Shown one piece after another: positions 41,155 through 53,790 of a DNA stretch of 64,000 nt (position 1 is its first letter; every line of letters begins with the position of its first letter). Location of the stretch: contig NC_043008.1 in the NCBI RefSeq assembly GCF_006345805.1, positions 7,564,001 to 7,628,000 on the forward strand, in the 5' to 3' direction. The notes beneath the pieces are model-generated. The model was not told the origin of the DNA, did not search any database, and saw only the letters and a program-made list of their open reading frames with translations. Position numbers and translations under genes: made by a program. This DNA comes from Octopus sinensis (Eukaryota).

Positions 41155-41724
41155 GTACATACACTGCTATACAGAAACATATACGATGGAATTGTACACG
41201 TAAGTCACAAGAGAAATACAGTAGGTTGTACAGCTTTTATTTGCTCATTTCCTTGATGTCGAATCTTCATTCCGCCGCCAAGAACGTTGTAGTAGGAGTA
41301 ACAGCAGGAACATTTAGCCTTAAGCAATTATGCTATAATTTATACTATTAGACAGAATACACGTAAAGTTCGATTAATGAAAATATGAAATTTCTTCAAA
41401 AGTAAAACGTTTACATCCGCTCACACGCACATTCACACCGGCTTGCATGACTGCACACATCACGCGTGGTTATCTTTGAACATACCGAATGAAACATCAG
41501 ATAAGCATCATTATTCAGTTTTGTATTTCCAGTAAAAATACTCTGTTGAAGGAACTTCCTGAATGTTACGTTAGCACGAGCTGATAAGGCTTAAATATAT
41601 CTAAATAAACGAACCGTTTCTCTAGCAATGAACATGTTATATGTACATATGTTGTATTTATCAGTTCAAAAGTATCCCACAAAATATCCGTATTGAATTA
41701 AAATGGGTCTACACACATTCACAA

Positions 41725-41930
41725 ACATACTTACTTACCTACCTACATACATACATGCATGCATACATAAATGCATACATACATAAATACATACATAATA
41801 CATACATACATACATAAATACATACATACATACATACATAAATACATACATAATACATAATACATAAATACATACATACATACATACATACATACATGCA
41901 TACATACATACATACATACACACATGCATA
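41725..41930. repeat. (CATA)n microsatellite, degenerate
   Basis: Directly visible. Confidence 0.95.
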
Positions 41931-42569
41931 CAGAAACGTATAATTCATATACATGCATGCTTACATACACATGCACACACATATTTAGTAAAAGAAAGGA
42001 ATTTTAAGCCTTCGAAACAATGATAGATAGTTCTAACGTCCGTTTTATATTTCCATGAAATGGAATACTGTGTCGACCCCACTAAATCATTGTTCATAAA
42101 AGCTTACATATCCTCAATCGTAATATTTAACTCCTACCTTCATAACCCATTAGCAGAATAATTTTGCTGAATCTCAGATCTGAATACGCCAAAGAAACCT
42201 AATTGAACATACAAATTCTACATCAAGAGCGTCCATTATGGAACCAAACGATGTATGAGTACTGATGAGAAGCCTAAATTCTCAACTCGAAAGAGCAATT
42301 GAAGTAGTGAATTCCCATCAGATGCTGGACATGTGATGATTAAGGTCTTTGATCATCGTTGATCATATAGCTGTACAATAAACTAAATAAACAGGACTCA
42401 TGAAAGAAAATTATCGAATAAAAGTCTTTTGCTAATGCGAGCGACAAACGGCAAGAGAGATTACCATGCAATACAGATACTTCTCAACAGGTCAAAACCA
42501 AAGAATTTACCAAAATTGTTGTGTATACACGAATCATAACATTTAGTCATTAAATATATCAAAGTTGCC

Positions 42570-42700
42570 GTTCTTGTTATTGCTGTTTCGCCCCAAGTGG
42601 ACTCTCATTAAGCAGCTCTATGATCAAAGGTATTCAATCTTTCAACTTTTCCGTTATTTTTATGGGTAAACAGGATTAAATTGTCCAAAGTCTCCTTTTT
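42570..42700. mobile_element. Degenerate interspersed repeat (SINE-tail-like)
   Basis: gttattgctgtttcgccccaagtggactctcattaagcagctctatgatcaaagg resembles a recalled octopus repeat end. Confidence 0.35.
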
Positions 42701-43321
42701 TTGTTATATGGGCAGATTGTGATGTGATACCGATTTGACTACTATTTCTAGTTGAGGCCTAGTCAGGGGGTCGCTAAAGGCTCGAATTATATGACATAAA
42801 CCCAGATGTTTACAATGTAATTACTGGTAAAAAGGATTAAATGCATACATAATTACAATGAATATTTCGTAAGAAATCCTTGATCAAACAATATGTAATT
42901 TTTGATTCAAAACTGTTATCTAAATTAAAAACATTTCATTCTCACACAAACAGATTAAGATAAAATAATGCCTAGTGGTAATCTTTACTAATGGAGGCGT
43001 GGGTTATTGTTGAATATGCTTCATTTCACATTATTCCAGTCCACTCACCAGTAAAGGAGCACCAGCTGGTTGCTTCTGGCACAGCCGTTTCTCTTTTCGA
43101 TTGTCGTATCCTGCATGTCCCATTTGGTCAACGTCGGGCTATATGATCGTGGTTACAACGAAAACAGTGAGTAAAATCATGTTAGACATTACCAAATAAA
43201 AAAAAGATCTGATTGTGAAAGTGTCTGTGGGATGTTCTTCAGTTCTTGACAGACTCTCCTTCATTAAACAGAGTGGGATTGTTATTTTATTGTCCTACAT
43301 ACGAATCTTATATATTGGTTT

Positions 43322-43525
43322 CAAATGTTGGCGCAGGGCCACTATTTGTAGGGAATTATTAAGTCGTGAAATCGACCCCGGTGTTTAACTGGTACATATA
43401 TTGTTGACCACGGAGCGATGAAATACAAATCGAACTCAGTGGAATTTGAACACAGAACGTGAAGAGGGACGAAATGCTACTAACAGTTTTTCCTGATGCG
43501 CTAACGATTCTGCCAGCTCATCGCT
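43322..43525 (-). mobile_element. SINE family A, full-length degenerate copy
   Basis: atcgaccccggtgtttaactggtac...ggaatttgaacacagaacgt...gcgctaacgattctgccagctcatcgc is the reverse complement of 705-932. Confidence 0.8.
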
Positions 43526-44094
43526 TTACGAGCGTTATATATCGATACCAAAAATACTGAAACCAATAAAAAAACCAAAATAATGGCAGTATAGCAATGC
43601 GAATCATCAGCCTCTATGCAATATATATCATATTATTTAATGAACTAGAACATGATAATTTACTCCAACTTACTGTCCTTTGTTATTTTCAATGACTCAC
43701 ACACATACTACCTCATTACATCTCTTTTTCACTTTCTATACATTTCTCACGTCATTTCCCAGCCTACGCTACTGGCAATCATCATGCCAAGTGTCATACC
43801 TCTTTCCTACGTCATACAATATAACTATAGTAATATACTTCTTTTGAATATTACTGAATTTCTCTCGACTAAGCTTTGAATAAGATAAGAGTGCCCTCAG
43901 TTAAAGAAGCACTAATTAATACCTGCTAATCTAACATCGTAATCACCGGAACCGCCAAACTATAGAAAAACAGACTGCAGCAAGAAATGAGATAGAACAT
44001 GAGGTAAAAATGAAGAATCCTCACATAAATTATAATACATGAATCTGATTTTCAACACGAAATCATTTCACGACTGTAACAAACCATAATGTTG

Positions 44095-44185
44095 GTCTTT
44101 TATTCTTTTACTTGTTTCAATCATTTGGGTGCGGCCATGCTGGAGCATCGCTTTAAAGGGATTTTTTAGTCGAAGAAATTGATAC
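44095..44185 (-). mobile_element. SINE family B 3' tail
   Basis: ttttacttgtttcaatcatttgggtgcggccatgctggagcatcgc matches 19682-19735. Confidence 0.75.
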
Positions 44186-45041
44186 AAATATATAGATATA
44201 TACGAGAGAATGTATGCACGTATGGATGAACGAATGGATGGATGGATGGTCGGATGGATGATGAATGTTTACATCTATGTATGTAAGTATGTATGTTGGT
44301 GTGTATATGTATATAAGTATATGTGTATATGAATCTATGTACGTAAGTATCAGCGGGCCCTTCTGTGAGTATGCTCGCAAGCTAATATGTCTGTGTGTGT
44401 CACTGTGTGTATTGTACATCAGCATGTGTGTATGTGCGTAGTTGTATGAAACTAGAAATAAAGATCTTTGAAGTCCGAAGGATTGATTTAAGAGACAATT
44501 TTTTTTTTATTGAAAAGTGAGTCACAGAAATTTATCAACAGATAAATATGAAGATGATATATTTCAGATAAAGCAATAAATATTGAATAAATAAAGATAC
44601 AAAGAACAATATAGAAAGCTGGCTCCATTGATTGCAGATTGGAGTGGGATGACATGAACGAATTTACAATATAACTAAAGTGTCATTTATGGTGAGTGGT
44701 GGGAAGATGTCATAAGCATTCAGCAATTATTCAGATTCAGCATAGTTTTCTTTTGACCCTGGGTCATCACAATAGGAACTATAAATTTATCTCTTTTACA
44801 TACACGCTCGTACACATATGGACATATATGTGTGCATGTGAATGTGTATGTTCATACATGTATAAATATACACATATGCACATACGAACATTTGTACGTA
44901 TATTATATTCCCGTAACGACATGGGTAGCATGGACTTGTCTATGACTTGTGTCATCTTTCGTCATAGAAAACCACGCCTTACTGACTTACAAGACTGAAT
45001 GTAAGATGATTCTAATCAAGAGATTGCCTTCCGGTTCCTAC

Positions 45042-45180
45042 AGTTCTATATTTAAGAGATGAGGAATTATGTACATTATTTACATTCGACGATATTTGTC
45101 CTCATCTTGTTTGTTGTTAACACAACGTTTCGGCTGATTTACCATCCAGCCTTCTTCAAATGTAAATAATGTAAATAATC
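45042..45180 (-). mobile_element. HHR-tail family copy with a short inverted tail duplication
   Basis: Minus strand TTGAAGAaggctggatggtaaatcagccGAAACGTTgtgttaacaacaaacaagatgaggacaaatatc...tgtaaataatgtacataattcctcatctcttaaatatagaact. A plus-strand tail tcaaatgtaaataatgtaaataat follows at 45156-45180. Confidence 0.85.
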
Positions 45181-46399
45181 CCGATTCCTGTTCCGCTGTG
45201 CTTGAAACACATCTTTAATCGTTATAAACTATATCTTACACTGATTGATATTTTATTATTCATATTCCATTATATAATTATTTCGTGTCCCACGTAAATA
45301 TATTCCTTCGTTTCATCGTTCCCATTATTATTCGTCTTTTACTATATTTTCAGGCCGCATATATATTGATTTTATACGTTTCACTTTGCGATATAAAGAT
45401 AAAACCACAGGATTTTCTGTTCCTGATCTTATACTAGGAGCCCAATGTCATGTTTGAATTGAGTAATGTGTTAGTAGCACGATGTTTGTATCGCAAACAA
45501 CCCTGTCGCGTGATCGTTTCTAATGGCTATTCTAAGACAATAAAGGATTTGTACTGATATTGCCTATATTGGTTGATGATAGCAGAGATATATATAGCAT
45601 ACATCCTGTCGTATATCCTGTGTTGTATCCTGAATTAAACCTCCTAGAGAATTTTGATAGATTGTGCCATCAAACCTTACATCTGGAACTTCAGAGCTTT
45701 TCATCTCGATGTTCTCAGAGATATTTTCGTATCCTACAAGGGCGACAAAAAAAAAAAAAAAGAAAAACAAATTTCGACCAGCTGAGATTTAGCCATATGA
45801 GTATGATCACATCTCTCTACTATTTCTAATGTATCTTTGTCATTTTCGAAAGCTCTATTTCCGATTTATATGACGGCCGAATCTGGATAAAAATGCAGGA
45901 GAAAGCTCTTTACATCACATCAATGCTCTTTACATCACATCATGTATACGACTCAACGCTTTATAACGAGCAGCATCCGCGAAATAAGAGCCTGGCATCA
46001 CTGACACAGACGGAAATCGCTAAGGAGCAAAATAAAGAAAAATGAACGAGAACGTAAAAGAAAGAAAAAATACCGAAGTTTACTCTATAAACACTGTGTA
46101 ATTCTTTTCTTTGCAAACACTACCAAAAATATGGAAGCCTAACATTGAAAACAACTTCAAAATAAACGTCTTTCCTACATCTCCCGTTGAACTACACTAT
46201 CAGTTCGTGCGAGAGGAATTCGATCAGACGTTTGTATTTCAGGACTTCCATGGCCTCAGCATAAGCCTTTTCGCATTTCCGTATGATTTCACCATCTCGG
46301 CACCGGTTACGCAACAACGAGCTCTGTATATATACAGGACAGTTTGTCATTTCCTTTCATTCGCTTACGTTGCTTGCTTTTCTGTTTTCCATTATTTTA

Positions 46400-46459
<60 letters not shown>

Positions 46460-46464
46460 CATTA

Positions 46465-46499
<35 letters not shown>

Positions 46500-46574
46500 G
46501 CCTTTGCACAGCTTCTAACGCTGGAGATGCACTTCAGCGTCAGCTGTTCACTACCAGTGAACTAAGGTAACACC

Positions 46575-46660
<86 letters not shown>

Positions 46661-46700
46661 CATCATCATCATCATTATCATCATTATTGCTATTGCTGTT
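46400..46700. repeat. (ATT)n array interrupted by a 77-bp unique unit at 46500-46576
   Basis: Directly visible. Confidence 0.95.
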
Positions 46701-46714
46701 TATTGCTGTTGTTA

Positions 46715-47400
46715 TTTTCCTTTATTGACGCGTGCAACACACATTAATTTCAACATGAACATAAATACTCCTCTGTGTAAACATAACCTTGTATGTATAT
46801 TGACTTTCCATCGTTGCTTCTTATTGCATGCTCTTGTTCGTGAAAGTTCAGCTATACACTTCAAACGCATAGGCATAACAACAGCTATTCTTTGCATTTC
46901 GCTCTAGTGACAACACTTTTCGCCCTGGTCGTGAAATGCGTATAACCTCTATAACAATAGAGTTATTTTCAATATTTTGCTGTACAGGTCTGTACAACTT
47001 TTCACCTATTGCCTGCAAAACTATATGCACCAGGTGTTCGATGCATTTACTATAGATTTAAACGGTGTATTTGTTTCTTTTGCCGTTTACAAACCATCAG
47101 CCATAGAATCACCTCACATACTGCCCTTTGTCATTAAAGTGGATTTCGCTTACATGTTTGGCCATGGATGTAATCATTCTCTCAGAACATTCAAATCTTG
47201 ATGAATATTGATTTTGGCTAAAGTAACGTTGCAGCAGACATGCATGCATATGTCCAGTGAAACAGATACCCACCAGTAGTTGTGCATTCAGTAACTGTGG
47301 CCAAATTTCTGTCAACCAGATGTTGTATCTCCTATCATTGTTTCTGCCGAATGCTGCAAGTTACAAAACGACAAATCGTACTACTTTACTCTTTACCAAG
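46715..47400 (-). mobile_element. Decayed Helitron PIF1-like helicase C-terminal region
   Basis: Minus strand, in the expected order: SERMITSMAKHVSEIH (~ERAILAPKNEDVNKIN), IVIEVIRISRPGRKV (~VIEATILTG..GEDV), TFTNKSMQ (~TINKSQGQ), GVF...VARV (~VFSHGQLYVA.SRV). Confidence 0.65.
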
Positions 47401-47664
47401 TACTATACTCACTACATATACATCACGCATTCCTCGCTGCACTCTTTTCAGCTATTTACCCTTGTCCTTGTGTAGGTCTATGTTCGTGTCAAACTGAGCA
47501 TAGAGAAAATATACTCAACTCAAAATATTCACCTTGACCTTTGCAGCTTGTCATAATTGTGTTACACTCACTTTTGAATAGACGTATTCCCTGTCTATTG
47601 GTGCGATTGTTTAGCATACGTTACTGTTCAGATCATATGAAAATCACTAGGTCAAACCGTTAGT

Positions 47665-47965
47665 GGAGACACATGGTCTAGTGGTTAGAGCAGCAGACTC
47701 GGTGTTGAGGGATCGCGGGTTCGAATCTCAGACCGGGCGATGTGTGTGTTTATGAGCGAAATAGCTAAGCTCCACGCGGCTCCGGCAGAAGGTAACGGTG
47801 AAACTTCTGCTGACTCTTTCGCCACAACGTTCTCTCACTCTTCCCTCCTGCATCTTGCAGCTCACCTGCGACGGACCGGTATCCCATCCAGGTGGGGAAC
47901 CTATACGCCAAGGAAACGGGGAAACCAGCCCTTATGAGCCATGCATGGCTCTAGAAGGAACAAAC
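47665..47965 (+). mobile_element. Full-length tRNA-derived SINE, family C (V-domain-like segment)
   Basis: A-box tggtctagtgg, B-box ggttcgaatct, cctgcgacggaccggtatcccatccaggtgg (V-SINE-like from recall), tail ggctctagaaggaacaaac. Confidence 0.85.
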
Positions 47966-48633
47966 AGGTCAAACCATTGCATTTATTTCTTGATTCTTTC
48001 GTTGTTACGTAATCAATTATTTGATGAGAAACTAATGTACCTGATCTCTGCGTCGATTCGAACATATTCACTTGGATTTACTGTAACAGTTACGGCCTAA
48101 TTGTATTACGTTCAAAGTACAACCATTTCCTTTATGTCAACAGAATACTGACATAGGCGATTACCAGTAAAGCAGCAACGGTTAGATTGTATCAATTAAG
48201 GTCGAAAATCATTAACGACATGTTAGGAAAGTTTATATCATTGGAACTTATATAATTTTGTCTGCTTATCATCTGCGAATATAACAACTTGCCGAATTAC
48301 CAACGATATTTACATACATAGGCACACACATATACAGACACTCAAACACGCGAACAAAAGCTGCATGATTGTTTGTTTGTGTGTGTGAGTGTGTGTGTGT
48401 GCGATGCATACTTTATTATATGTATCAGTTTTGTATACATCAATGTGTATACATATATACATACTTGAATATGCATAAACACCTGTACATTGGTATATAT
48501 GTTAAATAAAAATGTGTATCAATAATTACATATACATATAAATATAAAATATATATATATATATATATATATGTATAAATATAAATAAATGAATATATGA
48601 ATATATATATATATACATACAGACAGACATACA

Positions 48634-48665
<32 letters not shown>

Positions 48666-48751
48666 ATATAATTCGAGACAAAAACCACTATTTTAAAACC
48701 AAACAAGGAAAGACTTAATACATAAAATTTTAATATAAATTAAATAAACCG

Positions 48752-48794
48752 CCACTACAAATGTTTCATGTCTGCTCCGACAATCTTCAGGTGG
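48752..48794 (-). ncRNA. Mirror copy of the same hammerhead motif
   Basis: Exact reverse complement of 48849-48891. Confidence 0.7.
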
Positions 48795-48848
48795 ATTTTC
48801 GATCTTCTAATCAGTATCACATTTGATACTGATTAGAAGATCGAAAAT

Positions 48849-48891
48849 CCACCTGAAGATTGTCGGAGCAGACATGAAACATTTGTAGTGG
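48849..48891 (+). ncRNA. Minimal type I hammerhead ribozyme motif
   Basis: CCAC-CUGAAGA-U-UGUC(GGAGCA)GACA-U-GAAAC(AUUU)GUA-GUGG: 4-bp stem I, CUGANGA and GAAA cores, 4-bp stem II above a U.U pair, 2-bp stem III, GUA triplet. Confidence 0.7.
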
Positions 48892-49073
48892 CGGTTTATT
48901 TAATTTATATTAAAATTTTATGTATTGATTAAGTCTTTCCTTGTTTGGTTTTAAAATAGTGGTTTTGTCTCGAATTATATTATATAATATTTTACTATAA
49001 AATTGGATTTAACCCTAAATCTGATTTTTCCCTGTAATTTTGGATTCATTCCCTAATATTTATTATATATATA

Positions 49074-49134
<61 letters not shown>

Positions 49135-49139
<5 letters not shown>

Positions 49140-49300
49140 GAAAATGGGACAAGAACGCAAAACATCCGGACAGCATGTCGTACAAAAAGGGACAACAAAA
49201 CATCCAGATAGGCGATACAAATAAAAAAAGGACGGGGCATTCGAAGCCCTCTATCCTCAGTCAAGCACCAGATTACCCTCGCAGTTTCGATACCCGTATA
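49135..49300 (-). mobile_element. Short repeat beside (TA)n, possibly a Penelope terminal repeat
   Basis: Internal direct repeat gggacaa...aaaacatcc(g/a)ga. The minus strand has cgaaac and ctgagga...cgaat half-cores, but no complete HHR. Confidence 0.4.
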
Positions 49301-50031
49301 TATACAGTCATACATATATACAAATATGTAAATATATACTCGTCTGCATAGAGACATACATATACATGCATATATATATATATATGTATATATGTTTGTA
49401 TACTTAGGGATATTTATGTATATGTATACAACTGGAGATATATGTATGGATGTTAATATGTGTTTGTGTGTGTGTGTGTGTGTATGTGCGTGTATGTGAC
49501 TAAATAAGGGCACACGATACCAACTGTAAAAAATGAATAACATGAGTTCAAATCAAAGGATTCACAAAGGTCATCTTTTTACAAGAACTCAACAACTCTT
49601 TTGACAACTCCTAAAAATATTCAATTTCTTTATTCCTGATACACCTATCTCTTCTTACTACCATTTTCAACTACTTTTTGTCTTCTTACCTTCTTTTTTT
49701 TTTCCTTTTTTCTTTATTTCTTCTTCCTTCTTTTTCACACATGCTCTTGTATTTACTTTTTCTATTCCTTTATGTTTTTTTTATATTACTTTTGTATATC
49801 AGTTTTTATACTCGTTATTTTTTATTATTTTCTATCTTTTATCTTCTATTTTTATTTTTATTTTGTATACTTGTAAAAAAGAAGTATTTTGCTATATAAA
49901 CAACCTTCTAAACGACAGAATTTCAGTTTGAAAACAGCCATCGAAAAGCTCGAAACTCATTATAGTAATTGTAAACATTATCATTAAAGTATAAATTATC
50001 CCCTCAAAACCCATCTCTACTAAGTTTTCAA

Positions 50032-50087
<56 letters not shown>

Positions 50088-52129
50088 TCACTGAGACGTA
50101 TATGTATATTGAAACTGTCAAAAAAATATTTGCTGTTATATTTAATACAACAAATAAAACAAATGATGATATGAAGATATTTTATACGACTTTATTGATG
50201 CAATATTTATGTAATTGTACGGTTTCACTTTCTTGGAAAGATACTCAAGATTATGCAATCTATGATCGTATAATTTTTACATCTGACGGATTTTGGAAAT
50301 GCTCTAATCCCATTATAGAAGTCGATGAAAACAAGAGAGATAATTATTTCTGTTATTGACGCTGACAGGAGATGTAATGTGGGGAGTGTCATATTTCTTT
50401 GTTAGTCATAATGGTAATAAATGTAAATCTAATCCTTTTATCTTGTTTTAATAAAATGTAATTAATATTAAGTACCGTTCTTGTAATCAACGTTCAGTGT
50501 GTTCATTTGAACGTATTTAGTATTTTGCAAACTATACATTTTATTTATCCGAAATATCTGCATCTACTCTACTCCATTTCATCATTATTCAATGATAAGT
50601 ACTTACTGTTTGTCTGATATAAATTTAACTGCACCCCGAATAATTTGCAACATGTATTACATTTATGGATGCCACTTACTTTTCATACATGAAATTTATT
50701 GAATGATTTCACTGAAATTATTTTCGTCTGGCAAAAAGTGGCTGTGACCAAAGGTAAGAACTGATGTCCTTCGCCAGTTTTATTTTAACGAAGAGTTGTT
50801 TTATGCCAGCAGTTCACCACTGCATTTAATTTAGATTTTAGGTTACAAGGCAGGTATTAGGTACTTCAACTAGATGATTTTATCATCATGCAACCATTAC
50901 AACACTGTCGTTCTGATATTGGCCTCCACATGAGATAAATAAGTTGAATTGTAAAAAGTGTAAAATTTTGAACAATAGAATTTATAAATGAACAGAACCG
51001 AAGGTCTGTTTCCGAAAATGTGATTAATAATCTCAAATATAATCTCACAAATATCGAAAGAGAGATTTATGTAAATATTTTGAGTGAATGACTATTTACG
51101 AGTATGTAAACAAAAAGAATAATTTTTAGGCCATTAGTTTACGTATGTTTTTCCTCACTTTATTAGGATTTTGCTTTCCTTTTAACACGTTTTGTTATGC
51201 GATGTATTTTGACTATAAATATTCCAAATCCTTGTTTTGCAATATCCCTTAGAGAGTAGCAATTCCTTACAAATTATGACACACTAATAAGGCTCGAAAA
51301 ATAGGTGCCGTTAATTTCAATTTACCGATATCGGGCATACTCGTAATTGCATGATCATATTTCAGTTAAATTAGTTTCCGCAGAGATCTTCGTTTTGTTT
51401 GCGTATTACATGTATTTCATCGAATTAAATGGATATCTTGATATAAAGAAACCAACCTTTAGAAAGTTGGCTAACTGTAACAAATTGGAATAATAAACGC
51501 GAAAAAGCTCCCCGGCGAAAGATACGAAAAGCATCTCTAATTAATTAGCGTTGCAAAAATAATAGATACGAAGATACCAAAAAAAAAAAAAAAAAAAGAA
51601 AGTGTTGCGAGAAACTACAACGGATATTAGTAAATTCTAGTAAATTCTTTTTTAACGTCAGTTTATTTGATGTCTACAATAATAGCCGATTCCATAGACC
51701 TGCCATCCACAACACATTTGAATCTGCAAAGCAAACAAGACAGTAGCAGAACACAAATAGGAAAAGGAAGAAATTAATTATGACTCATTTATCTGTCTAG
51801 ACCCTGGTTTTATAGTTATCACTTGTTATAAACTAGACTGACCAATGCCAATTGATACGGAACAGACTAACTTTTAAAATTAACATTGATTGAACGTATT
51901 TTCCATAAAAGACAGGCTCAATTGACTTCCTTTCTCAGACATTTCAGTAAATCTAATTTCTGAATTCCTTCAATTACCATGCACGCACACTGACCAACGT
52001 GCAAACACAGGAAATCACAAAGCCACATAAGCATTTAATAACTCCATCTTTCTGCTCTCCCCACTCGCTCTCTCTTTATCTACACACTCTCACTTTCTCT
52101 CCCTCGCCCCCTTTCTCTTTTTCTCTCTC

Positions 52130-52138
52130 AGTATATAT

Positions 52139-52185
<47 letters not shown>

Positions 52186-52528
52186 CATATATACACATAT
52201 ATATGTATGTATATATATATTATATATATATATATATGTGGGTATATATATGCGTATGTACATGTATTCATATATAGATATATATACGTACACACACAGA
52301 TATATACATATATACACACATATATATGTCTGTATATATATATATTATATATATATATTTATTTATTTATATATATATGTGGGTATATATATATATATAT
52401 ATTATATATATAGATATATATATATATATTATATATATATATATACATATAGGCGTGTGTACATGTATTCATATATATATATATATTATATATATATATA
52501 TATATACATATAGGCGTGTGTACATGTA

Positions 52529-52588
<60 letters not shown>

Positions 52589-52660
52589 GGCGTGTGTACA
52601 TGTATTCATATATATATATATATATATATATATAGATATATATATATATATAAGTACACA
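52130..52660. repeat. (TA)n tract containing three copies of cata(ta)ggcgtgtgtacatgtattca
   Basis: Copies at about 52445-52471, 52505-52532 and 52583-52608. Confidence 0.9.
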
Positions 52661-53604
52661 CAGACACACACATACAAACCGTCCTATGGTGCAACAGCGC
52701 CACGGTATTTAGCTACGTATGTATGAGATTCGATTGAAACCATTGAGTAAATTATAGTGTATCTTTGCAATATTTACATGACTATTTTTTCTAGTAAGTA
52801 ACCATACTTATCGTATTTTTCTGTGACAACTGAGGCCTACCCCGATAGCATAAATGTAGCACACACGTTTCTATATTATCTACTAAATAACATATTTCTC
52901 CATCTTTTCAAAAGAGATTATCAAGAAATAATTTCTATCAAGGCGTCTCCAGTCTACTGCTTCCGATCATATAACAACTTTAAGTAGTCCAAGCGCTGAT
53001 ATCATTGACAATTGCAACAGTAATTTCTTTCAGAGCTTCTAATGTTAAAATGGTAGATATACTTATATATTTATTTTCTATAGGCGTTAGCTCACTTATT
53101 TTATAGTTATGGACATCCGGCAATATTGCTTAAACAGACTACAATCAGATAAATAATGATGTATATGATATATATATATTTTGTCTGTGTGGCTAAGACT
53201 ATGTGCTTCCTTTCAACCTTATGCTAATAAACACATACGTATATATCTACATACAGATCCCCATTCGTATACATACACGCAGATACACACACACACACGT
53301 CTAGATATATATGTAAATATATGTATATACATGTAGATTATATAGACACTACAGAGAATCATTGATCGGCTTGCACAGAATGTCTACACTAGATTCACAT
53401 ATATCTATGATTGTGTATAAACATTGTAACAACGCGAAGTTGTCTGGCGTCCGTTGCATACATGTTAGTTTTACATATATTCAAACACACACGCGAAAGC
53501 ACAGAAACAGACACACAGAGAGACACACACAAACATACAAATATATGCAAGCATACACACACACGAGCACACACACATACACACATACACACACACAAAT
53601 TCCC

Positions 53605-53790
53605 TTCCGAGCCCAAGGGTACTAAGACCGATTTCCCGGAATATGTGGCTTATATATTCTCCCCAACCAGAAGCTGGACGTGATTCCGGTCCATCGCAGA
53701 ATTATTAATTTTTCTAGCTGACGCAACGATTCGAAATCATAATCATACGGTCATGAGTACGTTTTCCCTAACCACTAGGCCACGAGGCTC
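53605..53790 (-). mobile_element. SINE family C, degenerate copy
   Basis: Minus-strand head cgtggcctagtggttaggg...gatttcgaatc. gctggacgtgattccggtccatcgcag corresponds to the V-like segment of the 47665 copy. Confidence 0.6.

Larger units (their letters stand above)
48657..48985. repeat. Near-perfect ~160-bp-arm inverted repeat with a 4-nt loop (48820-48823)
   Basis: By manual alignment the arms are identical except for a 4-nt (gatt) and a 1-nt indel. Confidence 0.97.

Noticed and set aside
41257-41351. KNVVVGVTAG resembling a flavoprotein/Rossmann start
   Set aside because: Single short motif, no splice support and no continuation.
42255-42300. ctgatgag...cgaaa hammerhead-like string
   Set aside because: Stem II has only about 2 bp, and no stem III/UH or stem I is found. 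At most a dead remnant.
45560-45829. YPELNLLENF resembling the Tc1 motif SPDLNPIEN
   Set aside because: No other transposase motifs or TIRs nearby.
47665-47740. tRNA gene candidate
   Set aside because: A and B boxes are present, but there is no acceptor-stem closure and it continues into a SINE body. The same applies to the 39562-39623 and 705-790 heads.
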